Shown: in pieces, positions 1-12,410 of the stretch
Layout of the letters: each line of letters begins with the position of its first letter
Numbering within the stretch: the stretch's first letter is position 1
From: Obrimoposthia wandeli
Lineage: Eukaryota
Direction of reading: 5' to 3'
Length of the DNA: 64,000 bases
Assembly (NCBI GenBank): GCA_977020255.1
Contig: CDROCS010003447.1
Span: 62,001-126,000, forward strand
Made by a program: the position numbers and the translations under genes
Notes under the pieces: generated by a model
Database searches by the model: none
Told to the model about the DNA's origin: nothing
The model's input: the letters and a program-made list of their open reading frames with translations, nothing else

Positions 1-630
1 TTGAGTCTTTTCATTCCTACTTCTAGAAAGGAGTCAAAAGAATGGGTATTCCTGGAGAAAGTCAGGCGAAGATGCTTCATTCAGACTTAACGCACAGAAA
101 GAGCACAATGTTAACATTATTTTGGGACTATAACGGAATTATAAAGAAATTATACTGCAGGATATACGAAGATACCGAATATTATTCTTCATTAGTAAAA
201 GAAACCAGATCTCTTCGTACAAAATTCTGGAGGTCAGACAATGTTTTTGTTACATGATAATGCTGCAGTTCATAGTGCAGAAAAAACCCGACCAACAGTA
301 GCACAAACAGGTTTTCTGCAATTGGATCATCCTCCTTATAGTTCAGATTTTGGCTTTTTAGTCATCTTAAAAAGCATTTAAGGGGAAAGATGTTTACTAC
401 TAAAGATGAACTAAAAGAAACTGTTGACAATTTTCTCATTCAAAAATACGATATTTTCTTTAAAAGACCCTTTTAACTGCTATTTGAACGGTGGAAAAAG
501 TGTGTATTGGAGGAAGGCAGTTGTATTGAAAAATAAACCTAACCTATAATGTATTTATAAATATAAAATCTTATTGTTATAACAGTTTTTATTCATGTCG
601 AGTATCGATACTTTTTATCCATACCATGTA
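1..630 (+). mobile_element. Mariner (Tc1/mariner) transposase remnant, 3' half with right terminus
   Basis: Frameshifted translation gives KSTMLTLFWDYNGII, LHDNAAVH, LDHPPYSSD, HLKKHLRGKMF and ERWKKCVLEEGSCIEK-stop (~536). These are the standard mariner catalytic-domain motifs. The element appears to end ...TTATCCATACCATGTA at 630, followed by TA. Confidence 0.85.
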
Positions 631-1827
631 TATATTAGAAAAGGAGGAAAATATTTCAAAATACATTATCTATGTTACGGTGGAGCTTTCAATGGGGTTT
701 GAAGTATGGATTAACGGTATTATTGGATGTACTCAATTAGTTTATAGATCATGTTTGTACTTGTGTCGAGCAATTGAATAAATACCCTTTTGTTTGGGTT
801 TCTTAATTAACGGTTTTCCTTTCTGCATAACCAGTTCATTTAACAGATTTTTCCTGGGCTGAATTATTGGTGTGATAACTTTGTATTGATAAAATACAGA
901 GTTTCTAAGATTTTGACTGCATTATCAGGTGCCCATCAGGTGTAAATAACTTGAAAGAAATGATGTAACTATTAAATTTATACTCAATTCATTTATATAC
1001 TCTTTAATATATAATCATAAATAATTTATTTTTAAATCTGTATTTCTACATTTCGAGTACAACAAATTTCGGCTACAACGCATATTTTTCATGAGTCCGT
1101 TAAAATTCGTTATAAATGAATCCTCAAGTACCATGTTTAAGAACAAGTAAGCTATCTGCTCAAGCCAAAAGGAAAAATAATAAAATAAATGAGTTTTAGA
1201 TAAGCGGATTGACACTTTTGATTAGGTTGTCATCTTGATGTGGTACAACTCAAATGCGAGAGTTTTATCCACCGGAGTTGAAATATTGCTGAAGATACGG
1301 GTTAGTACTGTTCTTCTAAATAAGGTACACATGTTTATTCTTTGTTCAACAATATTAATCACAAAAATGAGAGCTGTTACAAATATAAACTTGTCGTCCA
1401 AATGTATTTATATTTGAATTCATATTTAGGTTATTCCACCAAACATTCTCTACCCAGGGCCAAGGGGAATGTATCCAATGTGGAAGTTCTTCTTCGTCAA
1501 GAAACCCGCCAGAAGGTCACGTCTTCAGCATCCATGACAGGAATCTCAGAGTACGAGTCGAATAAGAAGTGAGTTCAGATTTGGTTCAGTTCATACACCC
1601 CCAGAGAATTGAGCATTATATTATTAATACAACTTTAAAGTTTACAGTTGAATTATCTTTTTGTTGAGGTTACAGTTGTTGCAATTCGTAGGGAAGCCCC
1701 TAGCTCGTGAAAGTTTATGGCGTACCCGGAATCTCATCTCAAATCTGAAAATTACCATGTTCTGTCCCAAATCGGTTTATAAAACTCGAAAATCTAAAAT
1801 AAAGTTTTATTAATATGACAATATATC

Positions 1828-2020
1828 AGTAGGTGGATGTGTCCGGTCTAATCCACACCCCCCTCCCCCTCTTGTCCTTTAAAACCGTGCATGTGTGTGG
1901 AGTGAAATTTCGTGTAGGTGTGTGGAGTGAAATTTCAAATAGAAACCACACATATGCACGGTTTTAAAAGACAAGTGGGGGGAGGGGGGGCGTGGATTAG
2001 ACCGGACACATCCACCTACT
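1828..2020. mobile_element. 193-bp foldback MITE with ~73-bp TIRs (5'-AGTAGG...CCTACT-3') and 6-bp TSD TATATC
   Basis: 1828-1900 is the near-perfect reverse complement of 1946-2020. TATATC occurs at both 1822-1827 and 2021-2026. The centre has two direct copies of GTGTGGAGTGAAATTTC. Confidence 0.85.
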
Positions 2021-5000
2021 TATATCGAATACACGTAGCCAAATACACAATAAATTCGATTATCAATTTCTAACACAAATTTCAAAATGTTCTGTAGTCG
2101 TCCAACATGCCTGCGTCTTTGTCACACCTAATTCCTGTGTGGTAAATCAGATGGTTTCTTAACAAAGGTTGAGATTGCAGAGATCGTTTCACAACGCTTC
2201 ATTCGATCCACTGTCGTCTACAATCTTAATTTGGTTCCACGGGGTAGCTTCTTCTTATAATCAGCTGGTTCAACTCTGTTTGACGGTCGTGGTGTGATAA
2301 TTTCTTGCTTTAAATCGCTGCTTAAGATTTTCTGCGCTCACACTCGCTGCCTCTATGTTATTTTCTGCTCTCCCTTTTCCTTAATGCTGTTCTGACCCAC
2401 CCTAACTAATTATGACTATATATAGGTACAATCAATTGATCTTTATCAAGCCTTTTTTGTTGTCATTTCAATTTAATATTTATTTAATTATTTTTAATCC
2501 GCACTATTCCATTCACCAGGACTATAAAAATTCGTAATTTTCCTGTTTAACTCCTTATTTTTGTAAGACCGACTTAGTTAACTTAAGATTTCAATATAAA
2601 TGACATCAGAATTAGGAAATACCATATGCGAGTAAATATGGTGAAAGAGTTGAGAAACAATTTCAATATTGACATTGTGTACAAATAACAAAATATTTCT
2701 TGTTTGAAAAATTAATAAAATTTGTAATAAAATACACAAATTAAAAATTACCAAAAATAGAAAATACTAAAATTACTGAAATAATCTATTACGATGATAA
2801 AGATATCCAACTACAATTTTATTGAAAATTTCTACGTGGTTAGCTACCCGAAATCTTTCAAAATGACAGACAAACCCGAACCATCAAAAACATCGTAATC
2901 GAATAATAAAAGTTAAAGAAGGACATTTTTTGATTTTATCATTTAAATATTAGAAAAATATAAATACAAATTTTAATAAAAGTTTTAATATTTACATATT
3001 TAAAAGTATTTTCATATGGTTATTAACTATTTGACTTAAGTAGTTAACCTTACGTAGAAGTCTAGAGTAACCTTGCAAAAACAATATCTTTGTACATTTT
3101 CGAGCGAAATTTAGAATATAAATTCAACTTAATATATCTAAGGAAATACGCAATTCGGTTAAGGGGGAGTTTGAATATCAGCACCCTTTTATGACTCAAA
3201 ATTCGGCCTATTTCTACAGATAATTTACCTTTTGAGTTTTGATGTGAGGTTAATATGAATATTTTTAAAAATTACATTCCTATGTCATACTATGTAACTG
3301 ATACAAATTTTTTAATATTGCGGACAGGTTATAATTTTCAAAAAATTAATTACTTCATTGGATTTTTATTATTTAAATGGGAAGCACAACCAATATTGTT
3401 ATTGATTCAAAACCTTCGGGTGAAATGTAGTTTAAAACCCTTTTATGACAAAAAGAGATTAAATAAATAAATATGCTCTAAAACATACTCAAACATAAGT
3501 CCCCCTTGGATCCTTTTGTTATGGATTAATGATTTTCCTTAGCTTGAGTGTCTTTACCTGTGAGACTGATTTATCTCTGTTTCATATATTTAGGGGCCGA
3601 GGCCCACATAGGATTATGGGGAAGTAGAAGAATGAGATAACAGTGGCAAATTGATGAGCAAAGTTGAAGATTTGTTTTCTCACTTCAATAGATAAACTCA
3701 TTTGTTGAGGAACTAACCGATGAAATTGATGCTAAAGAGAGAACTGGACAAACGTGCGAGTAAATCGAGTACAAATAAACACAAAGGAAGATGGAAAGAT
3801 TCGATTTCAAGGGATAAATTACAAAGAATGCAAATTTTGTATTTAGCAACGGAAAATGCCTTTGTCTAGATTGCAGTGACGCACTCATCCCCGGGGAGGT
3901 AGTCAGGGTGAGGTCACAGTTTGATGGTTCTTCTCCTTGTTTGATCCGCCTCAATGGTGTAGAATGAGCAATCTGGCCCAATGCTGAGAGAGTCCCCACC
4001 CTGCCTCTGCAATATGACCGGGTTTGGCTACCCACCGGCGAGGAATGACAGAATAGACTATCCCCAATGATGTTTACTTCTCGGTTCAAATTGAGGACAA
4101 GGCAACAGTGTAGCCCGAGGGATTAGAAACACAAATACCTAAATAAATTTGCATTTCAAAACATTGTAAATTTTTATTTCTGGCACTGAACACCACCGTC
4201 GTTTTTACAGCACCCCGGAGAACCTATAATAATTATTATTCAACAAAACGACAGTAAAATGATTTTGCATTCATTATAATTCTTAAAAAAGTTAAAACAT
4301 TTTGATACTTTTTAGAATTTCATACGCTATTTATAGCGTATTAATCTTGGCCTCATTCTAACTGCTGCCTACCACAGCACACAACCACCAACTGGGACTT
4401 CGTTCGGTTAATTAGTTACTTTCCGTCACACACCGCTGATGCCACCACAGACGTCAGGAGCTCCCAAAACCACGATCTCAGCTATGATCTCGGCAAGAAG
4501 ATTACATTAAATGTCCGAAATGGCCTCAAACTATTTATTGGAAAATTAATTTATTTGCACTTTTTTTCAATTTTCGGGTTAAGTTTATTTTGATCTATTA
4601 AGTGTAGCTTTAAATCGTATTTTTGGAAAAGATCAAACTGCAAGTTCCATTCAAACTTTGTTTATCATCAAGATTTTGTTATCTTCATTGAAACATTTGA
4701 TTTATTACTCTTCAAAGTGCTCGATAATCAGAAGGTTGGGCTCCCTAAACGTTCAGATTGGAAATTAAGCTCATTGGGCACGAATCTACTTGTCAAAATT
4801 GTTTCTTAAATGATTATTTGTTTCCAAAAAACGGCACTGATTTACATTTTATTCAGCGATGTTGAATGAGACAAATCTCAGAAAATGGAGAAATGGAGAA
4901 TGGGAACTCTAAAGTCGACTGAGATTTGCATCATTAGATAAACCCATAAAATAAAGGCATAATTTAGAGTGGTTTCCTGTGACAGAAATCCACCCAGAAA

Positions 5001-7079
5001 TGCAGTCTGATTGGATCCATACAACTTCATAAACAAATTTCACCTTAAATTCACCGTACAGCTGTCAATATTTCTGGGAATTCTGCTTCTCGTCGGCATT
5101 TTATCAAGGAATTTCAAGCCAGACATCTTCAAAATGAGATCCCAAAGTCTCTATCAAATTTAGACATTATTTCCCTGGAGATTTGCTGAAATAGATGTAA
5201 CATTTTATTTAAATCTAACTATCCATCTGAATTCTCGCTTGAATTAGCTTTAACAATTAAATAATCAAGTCGTACCTATGAAATCATTCTAACTTCAGGA
5301 CATAAATGCTTCCAAGAATTTTGAATTATATCCTGGCTTTAATCGATAGTCAGTGCATTTTCATACCATTTCTGAGTTAGTAACCCTAATTTGAACGGAC
5401 CTCAGAAATCTGTAGAATTTAAATAGATCGTAAAACTGTACCAAAACTTTATCACTTTTAAAAAAAAATTAAACAAAAAAATGTAAAATTACGCTTGAAA
5501 TTGCCATAATATTCCTGTTGGACGTATTTCGGAAGCCGCTTAATCCCCATAATTCCCGCAGAAATGTCACAAGCGGCCCCGCGCGATTTAGCCTCTCAGA
5601 ACGGAGCCACTACCAAGCTCCAGGATCTTCCAAAGAACGAAGTAAGTGGTGCCAGAACTCGAATGTTACTCAACTAAAGACTTATTTAATAAACTTTATA
5701 AACTGAAGTGTGATATATATAAGAAAAGATTATTTTTATTTATTCAATTACCTTTTTATAGTTTAAATGCAAAATACCCGAACCCTTTATAATGACCTTG
5801 GGCATCTGCTGTAAATGCACATGATTAATTTCCAAATATATTTCCAACAGCTCATTGGTTTAAACTTTATTCTGTAGAATTCAAGGACAACTAGAATTAA
5901 TGTAATAACTGTTAATCTTATAATTATAAATTTCAAGTTTGAATCTATTTCAGTCACGGACATTTTTTCTTATTTTTGACATGCATAAAGTACGAAATTC
6001 TTTCTTATAGATATTATAAATTTAAATTTATTTGATATTTAGCCGGATTTTATTATGATAAAATCGATTTCATATCGATAATTCCAAAGAAATAATTCTA
6101 AAATTAAAATGATAAATTTAAATTGAAATTAACCAAACAAAATGTTCGAAGATATTTTCTACAATTTGTTTTAAACCGCATTTTTTATATGTTTTTATAA
6201 AATTAATCGACATGGGTTACTGGAATAATTTGTAAATAAAGCAATTAGGTAAAATTATTATTATTTTTTCAAGGCAATTAACTTTACAAATCTTTTTTTC
6301 AGTACATAAACTATTTTGAATTTGTATTTTATTGAAAATAAGTCGAAGATATCTGCGAAGCCTCCAACACCAACTCAACCAGGCGCTATTCTGACAAGTT
6401 CCCAGATGCATCGCAAATATGGAGAGTGCCGTGCAAAATGGGGATTTATTTCATTGCTCCAATCTCGAAAAGAATCGTGTGGATTCCCAATAGGGCTGGG
6501 GCAGAGGAGCGCATGAGAGAGCGTGTGAGAGCGCGCGAGACAAGAGGGATAGCTTCGTGAATGTTGCAGAACGAGGATGGATGGAGAATACGAAGAAGAA
6601 CATTTCAATTTGTGGTTAATTAATGCGTCCTCGAACCGTCATAGTGCTGTATGGAGTCTGAGTGCATCGCCAAGATTGTCTCACGAAGGGGGTAAAGAAG
6701 GCTGGCTAATTACCATCGGTGTGGGACCTCCCTAAACTTTCTGTCACCTTTGCAAATAGGAAAATGTGAGATTAGAACAATTTCAACAGCATTTTTTGAA
6801 CTAAATCTTCAGAAAGATTACTTTAGAAAACTGGAATAAAACCCAATTGTGAACTTCCTATGCACATTAGGGAGATTTAAGTTGGCTTTTATATTTGACC
6901 CATGAGTAATCTCAACCTAATATATGTGCTTATAAAATTTATTTTTACCTCTTAAATAACTGCAAAAAAGCTGCAATAACTGATATGTTTATTGATGTAT
7001 TGAAACATTCCATAATTCGTCCTTTATTTTACTTCTTACATTGAGATCAGATATGTCTCGAAATGAAAGAAACATAAAT

Positions 7080-7440
7080 TGATATGAATTCATTTATTGT
7101 GATTTGTCTTCCAATGGCGCATTCTTTTATACTAATTTCTAACAAAGACATGAATCTCATTGATTAATATAACAAAAGCATTGAATTTGATTGGACTAAA
7201 TCCATATTAAAAATCAAAATTGATTGGAAGAAATATATCTTCCAATTATAATAGGTTTGCAAGATAATTACAAGAAACGTGCAATAAAAAAGCAGGTTCA
7301 GACATATATAAAGAAGATTTTACAGAATACAATTTCAGTCTAATGAAACTCGTAAATATAAATTATAAAGGTAGAACAGAAGATGATGTTTCGTACTTAC
7401 CATTCAATGAATGGAAGCCGAGACAATATGTGGAAAAGTT
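7080..7440. repeat. Unclassified young dispersed repeat, inverted copy of ~30140-30500
   Basis: About 360 bp match the reverse complement of 30140-30500 with only scattered substitutions (e.g. GGTAGAACAGAAGATGATGTTTCGTACTTACCATTCAATGAAT). Boundaries approximate. Confidence 0.85.
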
Positions 7441-7554
7441 TGACAATTTTACAGTTGTTATTTATTTAAGTTTTTGAAATAAATATAAAATATGTAAAAA
7501 TAAAAGAAAACACATAAGATTATTTTTTATAAATTATATTGTTTCTAAAACCCT

Positions 7555-8019
7555 TCACAAAGTCATCATTGGGATCATCGTCATCGATATTCCTCCGACT
7601 GAGTGGTATGGGAGTAAGCGGCACTGGCTTCTTCTTCTTTGGTCGGCCACGTTTTTATTTTTCGGCTGCACCGATTGCTGTACAGCAATTGGTCTTCCCT
7701 GAGGTTTTGGCAATAGTTGCAGCAACCTTTTAGGAAAAGGTGCAGCCAATGTTGATGGCCCCAACGAAGAAGTTGTAGCCTTCCTCTTCCTCGGAGCTTT
7801 CTTCAATTTATCTTCCTTCTCACGCTGAAGCTGGTGTGAGACGGCATCCTGCTGTCCTCGCGAATCTGGAAGCATTGCCGATTGTGGAGAATCCAGTTCC
7901 GCCAGGAATTCGTCCAATCCAGCATCATCCGAGGCCCTCTTCAAGTTCTGGCTGGTAGATGCTGTTGGCAGAGGAGAAGCAGTCTCCCAAGCCCTAGCCA
8001 AATTTTGGCTTATACTCAA
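7555..8019 (-). CDS. Uncharacterised low-complexity ORF-like segment (TTG start), possibly a decayed exon
   Basis: 154 codons, richer in GC than the flanks, with an acidic patch (DDAGLDEFLAELDS) and a basic KKAPRKRK stretch. No recognisable domain and no ATG start. Confidence 0.25.
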   Translation of the reverse strand: MSISQNLARAWETASPLPTASTSQNLKRASDDAGLDEFLAELDSPQSAMLPDSRGQQDAVSHQLQREKEDKLKKAPRKRKATTSSLGPSTLAAPFPKRLLQLLPKPQGRPIAVQQSVQPKNKNVADQRRRSQCRLLPYHSVGGISMTMIPMMTL

Positions 8020-8601
8020 TGAAGCCGGTGCCGTCTCCTGCAGGTTTCGTTGCTGGGTGGCGGACTAATTTCGATCGGAGAGACTGAGAGACTTATTACT
8101 TCGAATTACTTAAATTAACCCCCCATTTCCTGCTCCATTTACGAATTGCTTCTCTTTGGTGGTTCTCTCGTCCGGTGACAGTCCACTCCAATTTGTCTTG
8201 TCTTGGTACGCAGTGTCCTCAGTTGTCCAGGTTCAAGGACTTTATTTATTGGCTCTCTTTTTTAAGTTGAATTTATTTTAATTAATTTTATTTTAATTAA
8301 ATTTTAATTATTTTCTTCACTAAGAGGTTATTCATTGGTTATATATTTTTCATTGTTTATTTTATTTTATACCTTCCTTATTCTAACATATGAATCATCT
8401 ATGGTTAGAGGTTAAATATTTAAATTAATAATTTTTATTCTATATTTACAACTTAAACAAAGTTTCAAATCAGCATCCATTTGAAATTAAAAAAAAAGAT
8501 TTCTGTCACTTTTCAATGAAAATTTTACTTTGACAAATTAAATTTATGTATTTTGTACTTTAGAAATTTAAAAGAAATCATTAAGTTATTTAAAATACAA
8601 G

Positions 8602-8754
8602 TACCAGTGATGACCATGCAGTAAGATTCCAGTTGAGATCCGAGTTTCCAGAGGTGGACAATCGAATCATCGACAGAGTTCTAGATGTGTGTGACTACTC
8701 ATTGGATCGGTGTTTGGCAACCTTGAGAGGAAATGCAGGATCTAACTTGTCAGA
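8602..8754 (+). CDS. Putative exon encoding a CUE (ubiquitin-binding) domain
   Basis: The open frame 8594-8755 reads TSDDHAVRFQLRSEFPEVDNRIIDRVLDVCDYSLDRCLATLRGNAGSNLS, matching the CUE pattern L..xFP..d...I..vL..c......al..L. Donor GA|GTAAAC follows 8754. It is below the ORF-track length cutoff. Confidence 0.5.
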
Positions 8755-9205
8755 GTAAACATAATTTTGTATATGGTGAAATAAAGGAAGATGAAGTGAG
8801 ATGAGAGAGATGAAGGGAGATGAGAGAGATGTGAAAAGAAAAAATTAACTGAAAATAATTTTAAATAACCTTTAAAAAATATGAAAAATAAAAGACATTT
8901 TAATACAACTTCGTACATCACTATAATGTCAAATATATGTGGCACCAGGCTTCTGTTTAATTGTGATAATCGAGTAAATCTTTGCACATTTACACAGCAC
9001 CACTGATGAATGAGGAAGTGAATGTAAGCTAAATATCGACTTAGTCAGTGCCATGATAGATATCAAGTTTCGATCTAATGTTGGTAATAATGACAGAAGG
9101 ATGACAGTTGTACGTCAGAATTTATGAAGAGGGAGTTGTGAAATGATGCTGACGTTGATGATTCTGGTTGTGGAGAATTAATATAATATTTTGTTCTATA
9201 TTTAG

Positions 9206-9311
9206 ATATCAACCTTCTGTCAAACCTGAAGAATTAAAAACATCAGAAAAACACATTCCAACTGCATCTTCCTCAAAAGAAGCAAACCATTTTCTAGAGC
9301 AATTTAAAAAT
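9206..9311 (+). CDS. Putative internal exon in phase with the CUE exon
   Basis: Acceptor TTCTATATTTAG| and donor AAT|GTATGT. The phase-2 start matches the phase-2 end of the CUE exon and gives EYQPSVKPEELKTSEKHIPTASSSKEANHFLEQFKN. Confidence 0.35.
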
Positions 9312-9341
9312 GTATGTCAAAATAATATTTTTTTGCCCCGC

Positions 9342-10214
9342 TCATGCACAACCTCAATCATGCACAACCTCGATCATGCACAACCTCGATCATGCACAAC
9401 CTCGATCATGCACAACCTCGATCATGCACAACCTCGATCATACACAACCTCGATCATGCACAACCTCGATCATGCACAACCTCGATCATGCACAACCTCG
9501 ATCATGCACAACCTCGATCATGCACAACCTCGATCATGCACAACCTCGATCATGCACAACCTCGATCATGCACAACCTCGATCATGCACAACCTCGATCA
9601 TGCACAACCTCGATCATGCACAACCTCGATCATGCACAACCTCGATCATGCACAACCTCGATCATGCACAACCTCGATCATGCACAACCTCGATCATGCA
9701 CAACCTCGATCATGCACAACCTCGATCATGCACAACCTCGATCATGCACAACCTCGATCATGCACAACCTCGATCATGCACAACCTCGATCATGCACAAC
9801 CTCGATCATGCACAACCTCGATCATGCACAACCTCGATCATGCACAACCTCGATCATGCACAACCTCGATCATGCACAACCTCGATCATGCACAACCTCG
9901 ATCATGCACAACCTCGATCATGCACAACCTCGATCATGCACAACCTCGATCATGCACAACCTCGATCATGCACAACCTCGATCATGCACAACCTCGATCA
10001 TGCACAACCTCGATCATGCACAACCTCGATCATGCACAACCTCGATCATGCACAACCTCGATCATGCACAACCTCGATCATGCACAACCTCGATCATGCA
10101 CAACCTCGATCATGCACAACCTCGATCATGCACAACCTCGATCATGCACAACCTCGATCATGCACAACCTCGATCATGCACAACTTCGATCATGCACAAC
10201 CTTCATCATGCACA
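9342..10214. repeat. 16-bp minisatellite (ATCATGCACAACCTCG), about 54 near-identical copies
   Basis: Read directly from the sequence. It accounts for the three overlapping 293-368 aa ORFs with a 16-aa period. Confidence 0.98.
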
Positions 10215-10300
10215 TATTTACATAAAGTTGTGGATTCATTGACTCGATTTTGGTTAACATATCCTGACTGTTAATTTAGAATTAACCTACTATCGTCTAG

Positions 10301-10486
10301 TGTGTCGTCAACAAGCCTGACCACATCACCCAACGGCTAACAGCATCTGCAGCTCCTACAGTAATCATAGCTCCTGCTAGCTCCACCACAAGTTCCCTCT
10401 CCAAGTCGAGCCTCGCTGCAGGCCCTGACCCCAAGAATCGACACGGCCCCCGATTATCCCCCCACAAACTGGTTACGCCTCCTTGA
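10301..10486 (+). CDS. Possible terminal exon of the CUE-domain gene model
   Basis: Weak acceptor CTATCGTCTAG| at 10300, then a phase-0 open frame CVVNKPDHITQRLTASAAPTVII...KLVTPP-TGA. GC-richer than the flanks. Confidence 0.25.
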   Translation, partial: CVVNKPDHITQRLTASAAPTVIIAPASSTTSSLSKSSLAAGPDPKNRHGPRLSPHKLVTPP

Positions 10487-11199
10487 GCTGCATCCAGCAG
10501 CCTGGGTTAGATTGTTCTCATCTCCATTGATTGCTAGTAAACATAGTCATCAGCAACTTGGTCATGGTTCAATCCCGCTATATTCTCTCTCAAATCCACA
10601 TGTATCCTCTTTAAAGTTTATGTGCAAAATAAAAAGTTGTATCTTTCAATTGATATTTTCATTTTGACTTGCACTTTCGTCTACATTACAAAAAAGCATT
10701 GCTTAAAAATTCTGTAGACATTTTCAAATGCATTTATAAAATGTGAAACTTATTTATAATTGTGATTTGAGGAAATGGGAAATAGACAGATATAAATCAT
10801 ATATCAGCCCGGGGAGAACAAGACCCATTGAGTGACAGTTTATGATATGGCAAACATGCCGGGCAGTAAATTAATACCAGCCTAATAAATAGGAAGACAC
10901 ATCAGGACAAAAATAAAACTTCAAACAGAATTTAAAACTTGGGACAAAAAGGTGTTTTAATAACTCATAATAAATATATTAAACATGAGGATAAATTTGT
11001 GCAGCACCAGAACATAATGTTCCCGCATTGCTCAAGGGGTGGTTCTTCAGAACAAGCCGGCTAAATCTCACCTATACCAAGAAGTGGAAATATTTGTGTC
11101 ACCAGAAATTCAAGGATTCAGGATAATCATTCTAAAAATTATTCACACAAATGTCACCTTTGTTAATTAAAACAGCAAATAATAAAACTTTGTCTGAAA

Positions 11200-12410
11200 A
11201 CATTTCGTCAAAATATAGAAAGTTATTCGTCAAGTAGGATCAGAACGGACGAGTCGCAAATTGAAACTTTTTGGATATAGAACTCGACAGTGGAATTGTT
11301 GAGCAAAGAATCAAAGGAAACGAAATAGACTGTCAGACAGAACTCAAATATTGCAATTCCAGTCTGATTAAACCAAGTACTGAAACTCGGAACAAAATAT
11401 CACAAAGGCGAGCACAGATCAGAACTGGACGAATAGATCGGTGAGAAATTGAAAACAATAAACTAGTAAAAAGTAACCATACTCTATTGAAATCCAAATT
11501 AAACAGTAATCATATCTAGGATAAATTGAACGAAAGGAATCTAACCACACGAATAATTCATTACTCATTAATAATTGATACTCATAACTAGGGTCCAGAT
11601 TTTCGGTCAAAACCCGAAAAATATCGTTTTTAACCGAAAATTGGCATTATTAAGACAATAACCAAAATTCAAGTAATTCAAGTTAATTTAATTTTAAAAT
11701 AAATTTTATCTGTGTTTTGCTCTTATTTTAATTAAATTAGATAAAAAAATACAAATTATTTAACTAAAATTCTAATCTTCTTTAACCTAAAAATCCAGAC
11801 CCTACTCATAACCCACGGTTAAAAAATTCATACGTGAAAATAAGTTTTAATAGTTAAGAAGTTTTACCGTTAAAGATGTAACCGCCATAGCATTTGTAAA
11901 TGCTCCGTCAGATTTTGATAGAATCCTCCGTTGGAGAACTTGTGTATTCTAAAGTGTAATCTTTTGTCGTTTATATCAAATATATTAATCCCAAATTACT
12001 CAAAACTATCGTATACGTTTTAATGAACAACCCTCGATTTCAGACAGGTTTACGAATACCATTTTAAAACACGTTACAAGCCAAGAATTAACCAGTGAGA
12101 CGCTAAGCTGAGTCCTGACATATTCAGAGGTTGTCGTTGACACCGCTTGAGTCCAACTTATTTTACCTATTTCTGTTCATGGCTTTGTCAGACTTTTTGA
12201 ATCCCTAATCAAATTCAGCCTAACCGGCTTATTGATTCAGCCCCACACCACACAACATTAGTTTTAGGGACTTTTACGTTATCCTGTACACAACTCTTTA
12301 CCATAGCAAAAACCTTCAGAGTAGAATAGGTAGGACACATCTATCTGAGGGCTCCATCGCTACAAAACTCATGTTTGGGGTCTCCGCACGAGGATTCTAA
12401 GAGTTACAAA
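11200..12410 (+). mobile_element. Diverged LTR-family copy F, closest to copy E at 39987-40975; 5' boundary uncertain
   Basis: 12190-12410 shares ordered blocks with the reverse complement of 40000-40280 (TTTTTGAAT, CAGCCTAA.CGGCT, ACATTAGTTTTAGGG, AACTCTTT, AACCTTCAGA, GAATAGGTAGG) and has the family 3' motif CTCATGTTTGGGGTCTCC. Confidence 0.55.
11589..11804. mobile_element. 216-bp hAT-type MITE
   Basis: TIRs TAGGGTCCAGATTTT / AAAATCCAGACCCTA with a perfect 8-bp TSD CTCATAAC (11581-11588, 11805-11812). TAGGG termini plus an 8-bp TSD are the hAT signature. Confidence 0.9.

Noticed and set aside
3163-3505. Possible TTAA-GGGGGA...TCCCCC MITE (Kolobok-like)
   Set aside because: The TIR match is under 12 bp and the right-hand TTAA is absent.
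5285-5335. IQNSWKHLCPE on the minus strand, resembling a pogo/Tigger C-terminal motif
   Set aside because: A single short motif with no supporting DDE segments nearby.
9168-10274. Three long ORFs (293-368 aa) of HAQPRSCTTSIMHNLD repeats
   Set aside because: They result from a stop-free 16-bp unit read in all three frames, and a good splice donor at 9312 lies before the array.
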